Notes: generated by a model from the letters alone, not told the origin. Positions 46,701 through 54,262 are shown, counted from the first letter of the stretch. The stretch: DNA of 59,063 bases from a virus (IMGVR_UViG_3300048550_000839:1-59063); one strand, 5' to 3'. Translations and numbers: made by a program.

Positions 46701-47300
46701 AGCGTTTATATAGGTATCGTCTGCATAGCCCTTACTAATTAAAAGATTATCTGTGGAAATTTGTGGCAGACTATCGTGTATAGCATTCCAATTGTCTATC
46801 ATAGTTGTAGCACTATCGCCCGAACCGCTTACGTTTCTAAGGATGGTATTTTGTGCATTACTATAAGCAGCTGGTGCTTCTACTGATAAAGGATTTAATA
46901 ATCTAGGATCAGGATCACGTTCGATATGAGGATCGTTAATAACTATTCTAACACTTCCACTTTCGTTTGGAGTTGTAGGATCAGGATCCGTAAACGTGAA
47001 AAATACACTGTTTGTGGTTGAACTAGGATTGCTTACACTATTATTGTTTGCTCCGCTATCACTGACAAATCTATAAAAACTCATAAATGTTGCTTGGGTG
47101 TTTACAAGCGGAACGCTACTTTCATTTCCTGAGTATTGACTAGGAGTATCGTCTAAAGCTGTAAAACTAATAGTACCTCCTAAACCAAATACTGCAAATA
47201 GTTCACTGAAGTTTTCGTTTACTTTTTTAAAACTTTCACGAATACTATCGCCTGTACCGTCGTTGCCCTCTACACCAATATCAATTTCTTGTTTAGCCAT
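40743..47300 (-). CDS. Very large tail fibre/spike protein with C-terminal chaperone-like domain
   Basis: NDGTGDSIRESF N-terminus; beta-helix-like core (ESGIYNEQLPI..P.NVSVKGDEFR); repeated Y....CRRDT.LI; C-terminal YADLAENY...VALQGRVPCKV. Confidence 0.75.
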   Translation of the reverse strand: MAKQEIDIGVEGNDGTGDSIRESFKKVNENFSELFAVFGLGGTISFTALDDTPSQYSGNESSVPLVNTQATFMSFYRFVSDSGANNNSVSNPSSTTNSVFFTFTDPDPTTPNESGSVRIVINDPHIERDPDPRLLNPLSVEAPAAYSNAQNTILRNVSGSGDSATTMIDNWNAIHDSLPQISTDNLLISKGYADDTYINADGDELTGLLTYDTGVGPAQGREIPAMEDVISRAGSKENRTMLQDLFATDHPEPLRGAGTPQGEDDLQYVTKLYVDTQGYASPTNLFVSTKGDDSQAFTPSGQEGRSLSYAYGSVNAAMQRAEQIIESTPFEPGPYVQTITHSGNKINSVVDTVTGVGSPVATSAAARAIVESKKIQIAFDTTDYINTNFPSLEYDEGICRRDTQLILQSIGLDVEAGSTANYLTRWAGFRYNANPSGILAKTKQLTETIAGIRKAQQLLQAEFIADGTISATVQGYYGDRFDEIVSLIENNEDLNVNLVYGNSYTFSFTNGGQAAVDQGIAGNPDIRAGKIIVGKQSGAKGIITAYARAATGTTDSITVQLLEPFAFDVGEELEFASVVRNNQVTVFIESGIYNEQLPIKLPENVSVKGDEFRRTVIRPAKGTSQSKYANTYFYRDIVFDGLPAAASPLATITNQSGADASRQAGTYQIAANDYAKTGIGQDATFTIVVDGTGAATVSVGNGGTGWIIGETITIDDDDMGSGGGAALTFDVATTGGGYHFTHPQASIQGKYGYHYLTDSGNPQNIGTNGASNPGSFPQAANLIELNKDFIVEETIQYVDTTYPSLVYNESKCRRDTQLIIEGLVKDLNAGGRKQTLINQGAYYIGAVSGQEAQTEAAILNIKTILTSVLANDSGNPFAAAGSVSQIFDADYAAESQSDTNANNLIDCVAFAFDSAYNPPKENKEMDVFLCNDATIVRNITVQKHGGFMMVLDPEGQILTRSPYCQTGTSFSQSFGTKRAFNGGQYIDGYAANMPAQITNVTNPFKVTIGSPAGQGLFIRRPPTPFPFVLNGARYQVNAIESYDQTAGTCDLIIDETSNSGNGYTGSTGVDIFVQSGGNRSMLSNDFTQVNDLGFGIVANNNALTECVSMFTYYCHTGYIASNGSQIRSLGGNNSYGFFGLVSEGADPDEIPTDVNLRDDMVFSGKVINIEGYLEFTSAVPGGVTVGDTIEQQVTSASATVAALGEGGKRIYITDITGIFSATDDVTTDDSATILQQPAAVVLEDVSADADKLFVYVYDCTGFPLNVSEVEILHPSGLYQPYEITNAQQLTYKWGEYDGINDTIAATYAGSSPQSSKATFKITKNRTNGYQVDILTAGGGYAVGETFVVAGNLLGGATTANDATITIDTVSSGTVTAVSVTGTATFDDSSAVRDNRVYRLNLGTGIEGTASNGLQETSPHNTQCVIRHKQNFILNNFPVVNPATRPSTAFVFTDDADLTYRTIAFGTTILAGYNTTATERVVTFDSNYRYIDLTAQNDYIATAENNGTFVVDPNYSDILGGVTPDAAKTFGSKVGDRFIIINPLDATNQARIADGEMIFAWGGKVHVVDTYSEYTFNPGTGVVPIAMIGISDKANSDINWPATAAGLGTSLTNTAGITLKGGLVAGEDGEITVNISTTRATGHDMLDIGTGGYNTSNYPDRIFGQPFGTSVVSTNDAIDSTGNASKAQVQERDKGRVFAVLTDQDGFFRVGRFFTVDQGTGSVTFNAALVLTNIDGIGFKRGVRVNEFSADDTFTDAKGDAVPTQTAVEGYINARLGLNRDGQPYTPIIGPGFLSLGGAGFSETPMQDVLNMGSNRLTNLATPITGSDGANKSYVDSKTDELNDIGDVTITGTGAPLSGQLLMFNGTAQSSENADVVGDIGLTRTAANELTASITPGVIINTDINDDAGIVQSKLAMQLTTAFTPAPTGDAEAIQALSGLASFDSANFEVTDGWVGIKDGGVSADEMAGTLDFSSKTVTLQAGEISNGELANDGITIGSTDVSLGGSITALTGLTTINHSGNITGPANIGADNNVNIGANGNRYNTVWATVFNGQATEALYADLAENYLADKEYEPGTVLVFGGEAEVTLCNTKNDHKAAGVVTTNPAHLMNSALQGDNVVGVALQGRVPCKVIGRVEKGDMIVTSAVPGYGIVNNSPGIGQVIGKAVGTKDDDGHGVVELVVGRV

Positions 47301-47312
47301 TATATCCTATCC

Positions 47313-47672
47313 TTAAAAATTTGGAATTGCATCCATATCGAAATTTACACTTACACCGCAGCCACAACTACTTTGTGCATTTGGGTTGTTTATTTCAAAG
47401 TTACTACCTACTAGACTTTTAACATAGTCTACTTCAGTGCCAATTAAAAACATTAAACTATGTGATCCAACCACAAACGCACATCCGTTTGCTGTTTTTA
47501 CTACTTCATCATCAGTTGATAAATCGCTTGGCGTACCAATTGTACCCCATTCGTATTCAAATCCAGCACAGCCCCCGCCTTTGATGTTGAGTGTGATGCC
47601 ATAGCAGTTGTTTTCTTCGCTTAGAAGATCAATCTGTTTCTCTGCTGCTGGGGTTAAAGTTAGTATACTCAT
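47313..47672 (-). CDS. IscA/HesB A-type Fe-S carrier protein
   Basis: GGGCAGFEY, NPNAQSSCGCG. Confidence 0.92.
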   Translation of the reverse strand: MSILTLTPAAEKQIDLLSEENNCYGITLNIKGGGCAGFEYEWGTIGTPSDLSTDDEVVKTANGCAFVVGSHSLMFLIGTEVDYVKSLVGSNFEINNPNAQSSCGCGVSVNFDMDAIPNF

Positions 47673-47687
47673 AGTGTTCCTTTCTAA

Positions 47688-47723
47688 TATTTATCGTTGC
47701 TTTTTATAATCTTAATGTAAATA
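47688..47723. promoter_or_regulatory. Divergent late promoters
   Basis: GATAAATA on minus (47688-47695) and TGTAAATA on plus (47716-47723). Confidence 0.55.
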
Positions 47724-47728
47724 TAGTT

Positions 47729-48016
47729 ATGTTTATAAAAGAATATTTAATTGATACTTGGCATATGCGAAAAAGCAAACTAGGCAAGCAACACACATAT
47801 AATCGTAAAAAGACTATGGTTTTATTTAGATGCGATAATTGCGAAAATGAATTTACTAGAGAAAGAGGAAAAATGGATCCTAAAAGACTTAGTAATAATT
47901 ATTTTCACGTTTGCGAAAACTGTGATGCTAAACGTTTTGCTCAAAAGCAAGGCGTTAATAGGAAAAAAGTTTGGAATCTAACAGCCAGTAGTAATATGCC
48001 TATATGGAAAATGTGA
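47729..48016 (+). CDS. Zn-ribbon hypothetical protein
   Basis: CDNC...CENC; basic; follows TAAATA. Confidence 0.65.
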   Translation: MFIKEYLIDTWHMRKSKLGKQHTYNRKKTMVLFRCDNCENEFTRERGKMDPKRLSNNYFHVCENCDAKRFAQKQGVNRKKVWNLTASSNMPIWKM

Positions 48017-48664
48017 GTTATACATTTTTTCTACATCTGCAAAATCCATTCCTTTCATAATTTTTTTATGAAATTTTTCGCATTTGTTACGTAATAACTC
48101 ACTTATTTCTGTACCTATGTTACTAGCGACAGTTTCTGCTATCTTTAAGTGTGCAGGTATATCTGGGTGTTCGTCTAAAAATGGCTTGTCACTCCAAGGA
48201 GCAGATTTAAATCTATATTTGCCTGGATGCTGTCTATGTAACTCTGATAAATCTACAAAATCATTCATATGCACCATTGACATATGATAATGCTTAATAC
48301 CTATTGATTCACAAATTGCTTTTGCACTAACGATATAATTTTCAGTTTTTTCATATTCAAAATCTTCGTTATACCATTCTTTAATTTTGTTCCAAATGTG
48401 TTTATTTTCTTCGCTAAAGGCAATGTTCCCATCGTTAAATGTCCATCCATCTTTTTTACGATAATCAAATCTACCAGGTGAAGTCCATTGAAGTACAACT
48501 GCATCATACAAATGCAACTGTTCTGTTTTATATAAGTGACATAATATGTAGAATATACGTTCGTTGCCTATACCAGACAATCCGTATCTATCAGCTTGCA
48601 GTATATCTGCGTATGTTGGCCAAATATAATTTGTAAAACTACAACCAATTGCAGCTATATTCAT
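47978..48664 (-). CDS. SGNH/GDSL-like hypothetical protein
   Basis: IGCSFT, GIGNERI, QWT..GRFD, DEHP. Confidence 0.6.
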   Translation of the reverse strand: MNIAAIGCSFTNYIWPTYADILQADRYGLSGIGNERIFYILCHLYKTEQLHLYDAVVLQWTSPGRFDYRKKDGWTFNDGNIAFSEENKHIWNKIKEWYNEDFEYEKTENYIVSAKAICESIGIKHYHMSMVHMNDFVDLSELHRQHPGKYRFKSAPWSDKPFLDEHPDIPAHLKIAETVASNIGTEISELLRNKCEKFHKKIMKGMDFADVEKMYNSHFPYRHITTGC

Positions 48665-48825
48665 CCTTGTCTATAGATTGTCCAAGCACCGTATGCAATT
48701 GCTGCATACGCAATAGCCTGTGCTAAGCCACTAAAAATAATAATAATTGCTCCTGCAGCAACCATTGCAATACCGTCTAGTGTAGAACGCTCGTCTAGTT
48801 TCTTTTTGATCCAATTTTTAACCAT
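48661..48825 (-). CDS. 54-aa two-TM protein not in track
   Basis: MVKNWIKKKLDERSTLDGIAMVAAG...AYAAIAYGAWTIYRQG; AGGAG RBS; ATGA overlap downstream. Confidence 0.65.
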   Translation of the reverse strand: MVKNWIKKKLDERSTLDGIAMVAAGAIIIIFSGLAQAIAYAAIAYGAWTIYRQG

Positions 48826-49072
48826 TTGTAAGTCTCCTAATTTGTTTTTCTAAAACTGCAAGTCTTGTGTCTTGTGTTCTTAACTTTTCTTCAAGAGCTT
48901 GAACATATGCCTGCGTTGGAATTTCTTTTTCCATACCGTCTTCGCCTAACATACTAAAACTGTTTACACCTTGACCTTTTAGTCCGCCAAGAACTCTGTT
49001 AGGATTTTTATCTGCTTTTGTTACTTGTTTCGCTATACTGCGAGAATACATAGTTGATATAAAATTACTCAT
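48818..49072 (-). CDS. Hypothetical coiled-coil protein
   Basis: NPNRVLGGLK motif; TAAATA at 49077-49082. Confidence 0.55.
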   Translation of the reverse strand: MSNFISTMYSRSIAKQVTKADKNPNRVLGGLKGQGVNSFSMLGEDGMEKEIPTQAYVQALEEKLRTQDTRLAVLEKQIRRLTNG

Positions 49073-49079
49073 AACGTAT

Positions 49080-50159
49080 TTATGCAGCCAGATGCTTTGA
49101 TTCGTCAGTTATACTATATAATTGACCACTAGCCAAGTTCTTCATCTTTGCTTCTACCATAATATCCGCCCACGACCAATGTGACAATGCCCATTCATTG
49201 CAAGCATTATTCCAGCAGTAGTCGCTGTGTGCTCTTAGTTTTGCTCGTTTGTACCCTGCTTCGAGGAGTGTGTTGTATTCCGGTTTAACATTATCGTTAT
49301 GATCTTGTAGTACGTCCTCACGGCATAAACTATAGTGAATAACAGGACGCTCGCCACGCCAACTGTCAATAATGCGTCCAATACGGTCGTCATCTGGTTC
49401 AATGTATTCTCCTGTTTTTACCCAATGGTGATGAATATCTAAAACCAATGCTAAATCATCTACTAGTTCTAAGCTTGCGTCGAGACCCCACGACATTTCG
49501 TCGTTCTCGATCGTGATAGTATTTCTTGCTTCTGGTGATAGTCTTGGGAGGACGGCTTTGATACCGGCCGGACCTTGTCTACCCGAGATGTGGACGTTGT
49601 TCTTAAAGTCTTGGAACTTCTTACCGAACCCCATCCACCGTATGAGAGTGGCGTGATATTCAAATTCTTCTATGCTCCTTTCGACGATTTCTGGGTTATC
49701 CGAAGCAAGGACTGTAAATTGTCCTGGGTGCATTGAGAGCCTAACATCCAGGCGTCTGGCTGCGTCACCAACCTCTCTATAGTGCTTTTCTCCGTACGCA
49801 ACCACGTCAGGCAAAGACCAAAAATAGCGCCAGCTAGACTCGGTAGCACAAGGAAGCTGATTGCTACCCAGTCGGACCATACGAAGTTCTGGAGGAAGGC
49901 TTCCCACATATTCAACTAACCTCTTTGCGGCTGCTGCATTGTGTACCATAATGTCCCACAGTCTTTGTTCTGCAACATCCTTTGTTTGTCTATTTAGCCA
50001 AGCAACGGTTGTGCATCTCTCTGTGAGTGGACGTTGGATTTCTTCTAGAATTTTCTTCTTTTGATTTTGATTGTGATGCAAATATTTGCAAGCAAAACCA
50101 ATACGCTTTTGTTGCGATTTCAAAAAGTCGCCTGCATTTGTAAATTTTAAATCATTCAT
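49080..50159 (-). CDS. uvsE: UV-damage endonuclease
   Basis: RIGFACK, RLSMHPGQF.VL.S, IENDE, LDIHHH, AHSD, DIMVEAK.K. Confidence 0.92.
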   Translation of the reverse strand: MNDLKFTNAGDFLKSQQKRIGFACKYLHHNQNQKKKILEEIQRPLTERCTTVAWLNRQTKDVAEQRLWDIMVHNAAAAKRLVEYVGSLPPELRMVRLGSNQLPCATESSWRYFWSLPDVVAYGEKHYREVGDAARRLDVRLSMHPGQFTVLASDNPEIVERSIEEFEYHATLIRWMGFGKKFQDFKNNVHISGRQGPAGIKAVLPRLSPEARNTITIENDEMSWGLDASLELVDDLALVLDIHHHWVKTGEYIEPDDDRIGRIIDSWRGERPVIHYSLCREDVLQDHNDNVKPEYNTLLEAGYKRAKLRAHSDYCWNNACNEWALSHWSWADIMVEAKMKNLASGQLYSITDESKHLAA

Positions 50160-50165
50160 ATTACA

Positions 50166-50194
50166 ATTATACCTAATTTAATTTTATTTGTCAA
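50166..50194 (-). promoter_or_regulatory. sigma70-type promoter, apparently leaderless uvsE
   Basis: Perfect TTGACA-17-TATAAT ending 6 nt before ATG. Confidence 0.85.
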
Positions 50195-50195
50195 G

Positions 50196-50546
50196 TTATT
50201 TCGCTGTTCCAAATGCACCCATTGTGTTTTGAAGTCCAAGATTTTTACGTACTGTACCAGATTTAGTAAAAAACTTTTTGCGTACTGCTTGCAAACCGCC
50301 TTCAACTCTGCTAGGATACTTGCCTAAAAATGTGCCTGCTTCTAGATCACCTTTACTTATATACTCTTTGTGAAAGTGTTCAATATCGTCCCAGCAGGCT
50401 AACATAGTTTTACCCATATCGTCAAAAAAGCCATCGCTAAAAATTGCATCATCTTGATTGTAGTATGCGTATGATGCCATAAGATACCACGGCACCATCA
50501 TATTAATGTTTTTAGCGAAAAGCTTTGCTGCGTATTCGTCAAGCAT
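50196..50546 (-). CDS. Standalone NAD-ligase domain-Ia-like protein
   Basis: ASYAYYNQDDAIFSDGFFD resembles LigA YY..D.P.ISD.EYD. Confidence 0.5.
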   Translation of the reverse strand: MLDEYAAKLFAKNINMMVPWYLMASYAYYNQDDAIFSDGFFDDMGKTMLACWDDIEHFHKEYISKGDLEAGTFLGKYPSRVEGGLQAVRKKFFTKSGTVRKNLGLQNTMGAFGTAK

Positions 50547-50823
50547 CTTTCATAGAACGCATAAGATCTCTGTTTTCTTGTTCAACTTCACGCTTCGATG
50601 TTTGCCAAGTTTCGTAAAGTATATACGCAACCATAGGCACAATCACCATTAATCCTACCACAGCAATGCTGTGTAGCGGATCAGCGAATTGAGCACCTAA
50701 TTCAAGTGCTGCCAATACGTAAACAATACCAATAGCTGGAGGCGTTAGTTTACCTAAGAATTTTTTTAGTATTCGAGTTTGCATTTTAGTTTCCTTTATG
50801 TTAGGCATTTGCCTCCCAATCAA
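50539..50823 (-). CDS. Two-TM membrane protein
   Basis: Two hydrophobic segments; start uncertain. Confidence 0.5.
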   Translation of the reverse strand: MIGRQMPNIKETKMQTRILKKFLGKLTPPAIGIVYVLAALELGAQFADPLHSIAVVGLMVIVPMVAYILYETWQTSKREVEQENRDLMRSMKDA

Positions 50824-50862
50824 ATGCAGTATGATTATTTATAGCATAATATACAGCTCAGG

Positions 50863-51387
50863 TCAACCTAAAAGTTCATCTAAATTGACCGGAGTGTAAT
50901 TAATTTGCTCTACACTAACACACTTGTATGGTCCTTCAGGTGACGGATTACTGTGTATGTGACCGTGGACATTCAACACTTTCTCTGTACCAAACCTATG
51001 CGATTCTGCCAATGTGCTAGGATGCAAAGGTGCGTGACTCAATATTAATCCATCACTGCTTAAATCCTTCCACAAAGATATACTTTTAAAGTAATGGGAA
51101 AGAAACTTTGGATTATCGTGGTTGCCTAAGATTAAATGTTTTTTGCCGTGTAGCTTAACAAAATTTTCAGCTAACCAAAACTCTTTGTTTGTGCCAAAAA
51201 GAACATCGCCTAAGTGATAGATTGTATCCTCAGGTTTTACAGTTTGATTCCACATATCCATCATATGTTCATCCATATGATCAACATTATCAAACCCATC
51301 TCTAGGAGGCTTACCAGCATAGTCCTTAAAAGTAAGGATTGCTTCGTGCCTAAAATGTGTATCGCTTATAACCCAAGTATCAGCCAT
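50863..51387 (-). CDS. Calcineurin-like metallophosphoesterase
   Basis: SDTHF.H, HLGDV, GNHD, SHAP, HGHIH. Confidence 0.9.
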   Translation of the reverse strand: MADTWVISDTHFRHEAILTFKDYAGKPPRDGFDNVDHMDEHMMDMWNQTVKPEDTIYHLGDVLFGTNKEFWLAENFVKLHGKKHLILGNHDNPKFLSHYFKSISLWKDLSSDGLILSHAPLHPSTLAESHRFGTEKVLNVHGHIHSNPSPEGPYKCVSVEQINYTPVNLDELLG

Positions 51388-51412
51388 TATTGCCTCCTGC
51401 TTTGCATATAAG

Positions 51413-51441
51413 TTTATAACAAAGATAAATTAGTTTGTCAA
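51413..51441 (-). promoter_or_regulatory. sigma70-type promoter
   Basis: TTGACA-17-TATAAA. Confidence 0.6.
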
Positions 51442-52130
51442 CCCCAATTTTTCTTAACCCAACTATCATTTGCATCTAAAGGATTTGGTTCTCCGTGAAA
51501 TACCGCAACACTACAATCGTTTAAGATTTTAGGAGGTGCATCTACAATAAAGTTTCTTTTACCTTTGTGTAATTGCAAATCACGTCTGTCACGCATTTCC
51601 CATTTATAACTTTGTATCCATTCATCTGGCCAATAACTAAAATTTCTTATATTTTTATACATCCAATCTTGGTCGCCTCTGTGTTTTTGCATATGCATTT
51701 TAGGATCATTTTTAAATTGCTGCCAAATAGGATCAAACATTCCTGTTTCTAAACGAAATACACTGCTATTGATTTTATCAAAATTATGCCTTATACTTCT
51801 GTTAAAATCTCTTATAATACAAAACTGTTTCGGCTTATGTGTAAACAATTTATCAATATTTCTAAATACAATTACATCTAGATCAAAATACAGCATTGTA
51901 CCTTGTATAGGCATATCTTTACTGAAGAACCAAGGCTTGAACCACCAACCGTCTAAGTTCATAGTGGGCAATTGCATAGTTGTAATTTCTTTGTCAATAT
52001 CTTTGCGATTTTCGGTAAAGCAAATAAATTGATGAGGTATATTACAATGCCTTTGTGTCATTGCATATAACTTATTTACATATTCAGCAGAGTATTTCTT
52101 TCCCCATTTCAAACAAATTATATAATTCAA
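51438..52130 (-). CDS. GT-A fold glycosyltransferase (GT8-like)
   Basis: CLKWG.KY..EYVN, YFDLD (DxD), NSSV, GDQDW, FHGEPNP. Confidence 0.8.
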   Translation of the reverse strand: MNYIICLKWGKKYSAEYVNKLYAMTQRHCNIPHQFICFTENRKDIDKEITTMQLPTMNLDGWWFKPWFFSKDMPIQGTMLYFDLDVIVFRNIDKLFTHKPKQFCIIRDFNRSIRHNFDKINSSVFRLETGMFDPIWQQFKNDPKMHMQKHRGDQDWMYKNIRNFSYWPDEWIQSYKWEMRDRRDLQLHKGKRNFIVDAPPKILNDCSVAVFHGEPNPLDANDSWVKKNWG

Positions 52131-52531
52131 AGCACTCCATCTAACCTCATTTGTTTTCTTATTTTTGTAGCACTGATATTGTGTATGTCTTCACCTAAAT
52201 CGTGTTCTGTAAAAGTATAACCTACACCTCTACCATAGCTTATGTCTACAATGTTAGGCACTCTTGTAATAATATACTTATCAGCATATTTGTAACCTTC
52301 TTTTTCAAGTTCTTTCTTGATATTTTCAATTACATCCATTACTTGAAAAGGATTATCGTCTTGCACCATAGTTCTGCCGCCGCCAGCATCTTCTTTGAGT
52401 GGAACAGTCCTTACCATAATAATAACTTGTCCTGTTTCTTTTAGCGCACGTTTGAATAATTCTGTATGTCCTTTGTGCCAGGGTTGAAATCTACCTAGCA
52501 TTTGTGTTGTAGGTGAAAACTCGTTAAACAT
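52127..52531 (-). CDS. HxGH nucleotidyl/cytidylyltransferase-like protein
   Basis: GRFQPWHKGH, ISATKIR. Confidence 0.8.
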   Translation of the reverse strand: MFNEFSPTTQMLGRFQPWHKGHTELFKRALKETGQVIIMVRTVPLKEDAGGGRTMVQDDNPFQVMDVIENIKKELEKEGYKYADKYIITRVPNIVDISYGRGVGYTFTEHDLGEDIHNISATKIRKQMRLDGVL

Positions 52532-52946
52532 TTTTCTCCATCCATCTTTTCACAACTGGTACAAGTGCTTCGTGTGTATCATTAAACCATTTACTAATTA
52601 CGTAATCGCATTCCTCTGGTTTTTGGAACATATTGTTTGTATCTTTGAACCGTCCTTGTTCGATAGTATCCATCCACACTGTAAAGTTTGGGTTAAAGTT
52701 TTTCCTTATTTCCTCTGTAGGTGCAATAAAATCTGCAACAGCAATCTTGCCTGCCATAACTACACCATCTGCTAAATGTTTCATACGAACAGACTGTCTA
52801 ATACGACCGGACAAACTAAAGTCCCAATCGTCATAACTTGTTCTTACTACATCAGCATTGATATGTACACCGCCTACTAATTCTGCAAACGGCTTTGCCA
52901 GTGTAGATTTACCACTGCCAGGCAAACCAAATATTAAAATTTTCAT
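52524..52946 (-). CDS. APS-kinase-like P-loop kinase
   Basis: GLPGSGKST, NADVVR, DWDFS..GR, FIAPT...R. Confidence 0.75.
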   Translation of the reverse strand: MKILIFGLPGSGKSTLAKPFAELVGGVHINADVVRTSYDDWDFSLSGRIRQSVRMKHLADGVVMAGKIAVADFIAPTEEIRKNFNPNFTVWMDTIEQGRFKDTNNMFQKPEECDYVISKWFNDTHEALVPVVKRWMEKNV

Positions 52947-53419
52947 TCTGAAAATGACATCTTTTGTACAGTGTATGATTTGTAAATTGCGCTATTAGCA
53001 CCGTGTTCGGCACATTCAACTTCAATGCAATTACACCGTCCTTGGGTCATTTCTTGAACAAGTTCATTAGCTTGCCGCCAAGCGTGATAAGCAAACTTTT
53101 CAACTCCTACACCATCTAAGATTGTAATTTCTGCAAGTCCTGCATTTTCAAGTTCTGCAAATTTATACAACATAGGATCGTCTCTGTCTAGTACAACCTT
53201 GTGATCAAATGTATCTTCTAACCAAGCCTTTAATGGTTTCAGTCCTCCAAAATCAACAACCCAATTGCGTTCATCAAGTTCTGTTGCTTCAAATGTAAAT
53301 TTAAATTGCAAACTATATCCGTGTAAGAAACGGCAGTGTGAATGATCTGCGTGTGGTTGTCTAAAGCAGGCGCTTAATCCAATGTTATGTCCGTAAGTTT
53401 TTGTGCTATAATAAGCCAT
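52943..53419 (-). CDS. queD: 6-pyruvoyl-tetrahydropterin/6-carboxy-tetrahydropterin synthase (QueD-like)
   Basis: HCRFLHGY, VVDFG.LK, FDHK, E...NSAIY; AGGAG RBS. Confidence 0.85.
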   Translation of the reverse strand: MAYYSTKTYGHNIGLSACFRQPHADHSHCRFLHGYSLQFKFTFEATELDERNWVVDFGGLKPLKAWLEDTFDHKVVLDRDDPMLYKFAELENAGLAEITILDGVGVEKFAYHAWRQANELVQEMTQGRCNCIEVECAEHGANSAIYKSYTVQKMSFSE

Positions 53420-53435
53420 TAGTTTCTCCTTGTAA

Positions 53436-53470
53436 AGCGGCAGAGTTAGAAGGGTTGACGCTAAGTCCTT
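53436..53470 (-). ncRNA. Candidate structured leader (H-type pseudoknot) upstream of queD
   Basis: AAGG/CCUU stem with loop AGCG pairing to downstream CGCU just before the RBS. Confidence 0.35.
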
Positions 53471-53476
53471 ATTAGT

Positions 53477-53505
53477 ATTATATTATAGATTATTTATATT
53501 GTCAA
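53477..53505 (-). promoter_or_regulatory. sigma70-type promoter for queD operon
   Basis: Perfect TTGACA-17-TATAAT. Confidence 0.85.
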
Positions 53506-53508
53506 GTG

Positions 53509-53973
53509 TTAGCGTGGGTCTACTTTTAGATAGATGTTATCGAACTCTTGCTTTTTATGTGTTTTGAATATCAAGTGTACACATTCAAACTCGCCTGTCA
53601 TACTAACACGATATTCTCCACCTTGTATCATATCGTCTGGTACTTTCATATGCCAGCCGTTCTCTACACGCTCACCTGGTGCTGTGTTTTGCACATAGCG
53701 TTTTGTAAATGTGTTTAGGTTGTGCGAGTGTGAGCCATCTACAGCGTGTGCTACGCCATATGCGGCTGTGCTGTTGCACTGATACTTCTTTGAGCCTACC
53801 ATATAGAACTCTATGTCTTGTTCTGCTGTTACTGGATTATTTGTAATACCAATATGTGTATCTGTGAATACAAACGCATTGTCAAAACTCATATATAATA
53901 CTCCGATGATTATTAATGTAGCTAGACTGCATCCGCTAATAATGTTGAGTATTATTATTCTAATCGGACTCAC
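53509..53973 (-). CDS. Membrane-anchored hypothetical protein
   Basis: N-terminal TM, beta-rich body with two Cys. Confidence 0.55.
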   Translation of the reverse strand: MSPIRIIILNIISGCSLATLIIIGVLYMSFDNAFVFTDTHIGITNNPVTAEQDIEFYMVGSKKYQCNSTAAYGVAHAVDGSHSHNLNTFTKRYVQNTAPGERVENGWHMKVPDDMIQGGEYRVSMTGEFECVHLIFKTHKKQEFDNIYLKVDPR

Positions 53974-54262
53974 TCCTCATCTCCTCTCGTATATCTTTTA
54001 GATCTTGTTTTACCTCACGAAGATTGCTGGTTGCTGAAGACATTGTTGTAATAATGTATTTAACCGTGATAATGGTCCAAAACCACCAAGTCACGGCAGT
54101 AAAGGCAAATAATACCATACCTATATTAAACAATGTATCAAATGAAGTAATCCCTATAGTTAAAGAGATACCTCCTACAACAAGAAAAATCGTTGGGGCT
54201 ATTTTTGCATATAAATCCCAACGAGCAACTTGTTTTTCAATTTTTATATCAGTCTTCTTCAA
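53960..54262 (-). CDS. Two-TM membrane protein
   Basis: 2 TM (AVTWWFWT) plus coiled coil. Confidence 0.55.
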   Translation of the reverse strand: MKKTDIKIEKQVARWDLYAKIAPTIFLVVGGISLTIGITSFDTLFNIGMVLFAFTAVTWWFWTIITVKYIITTMSSATSNLREVKQDLKDIREEMRSESD

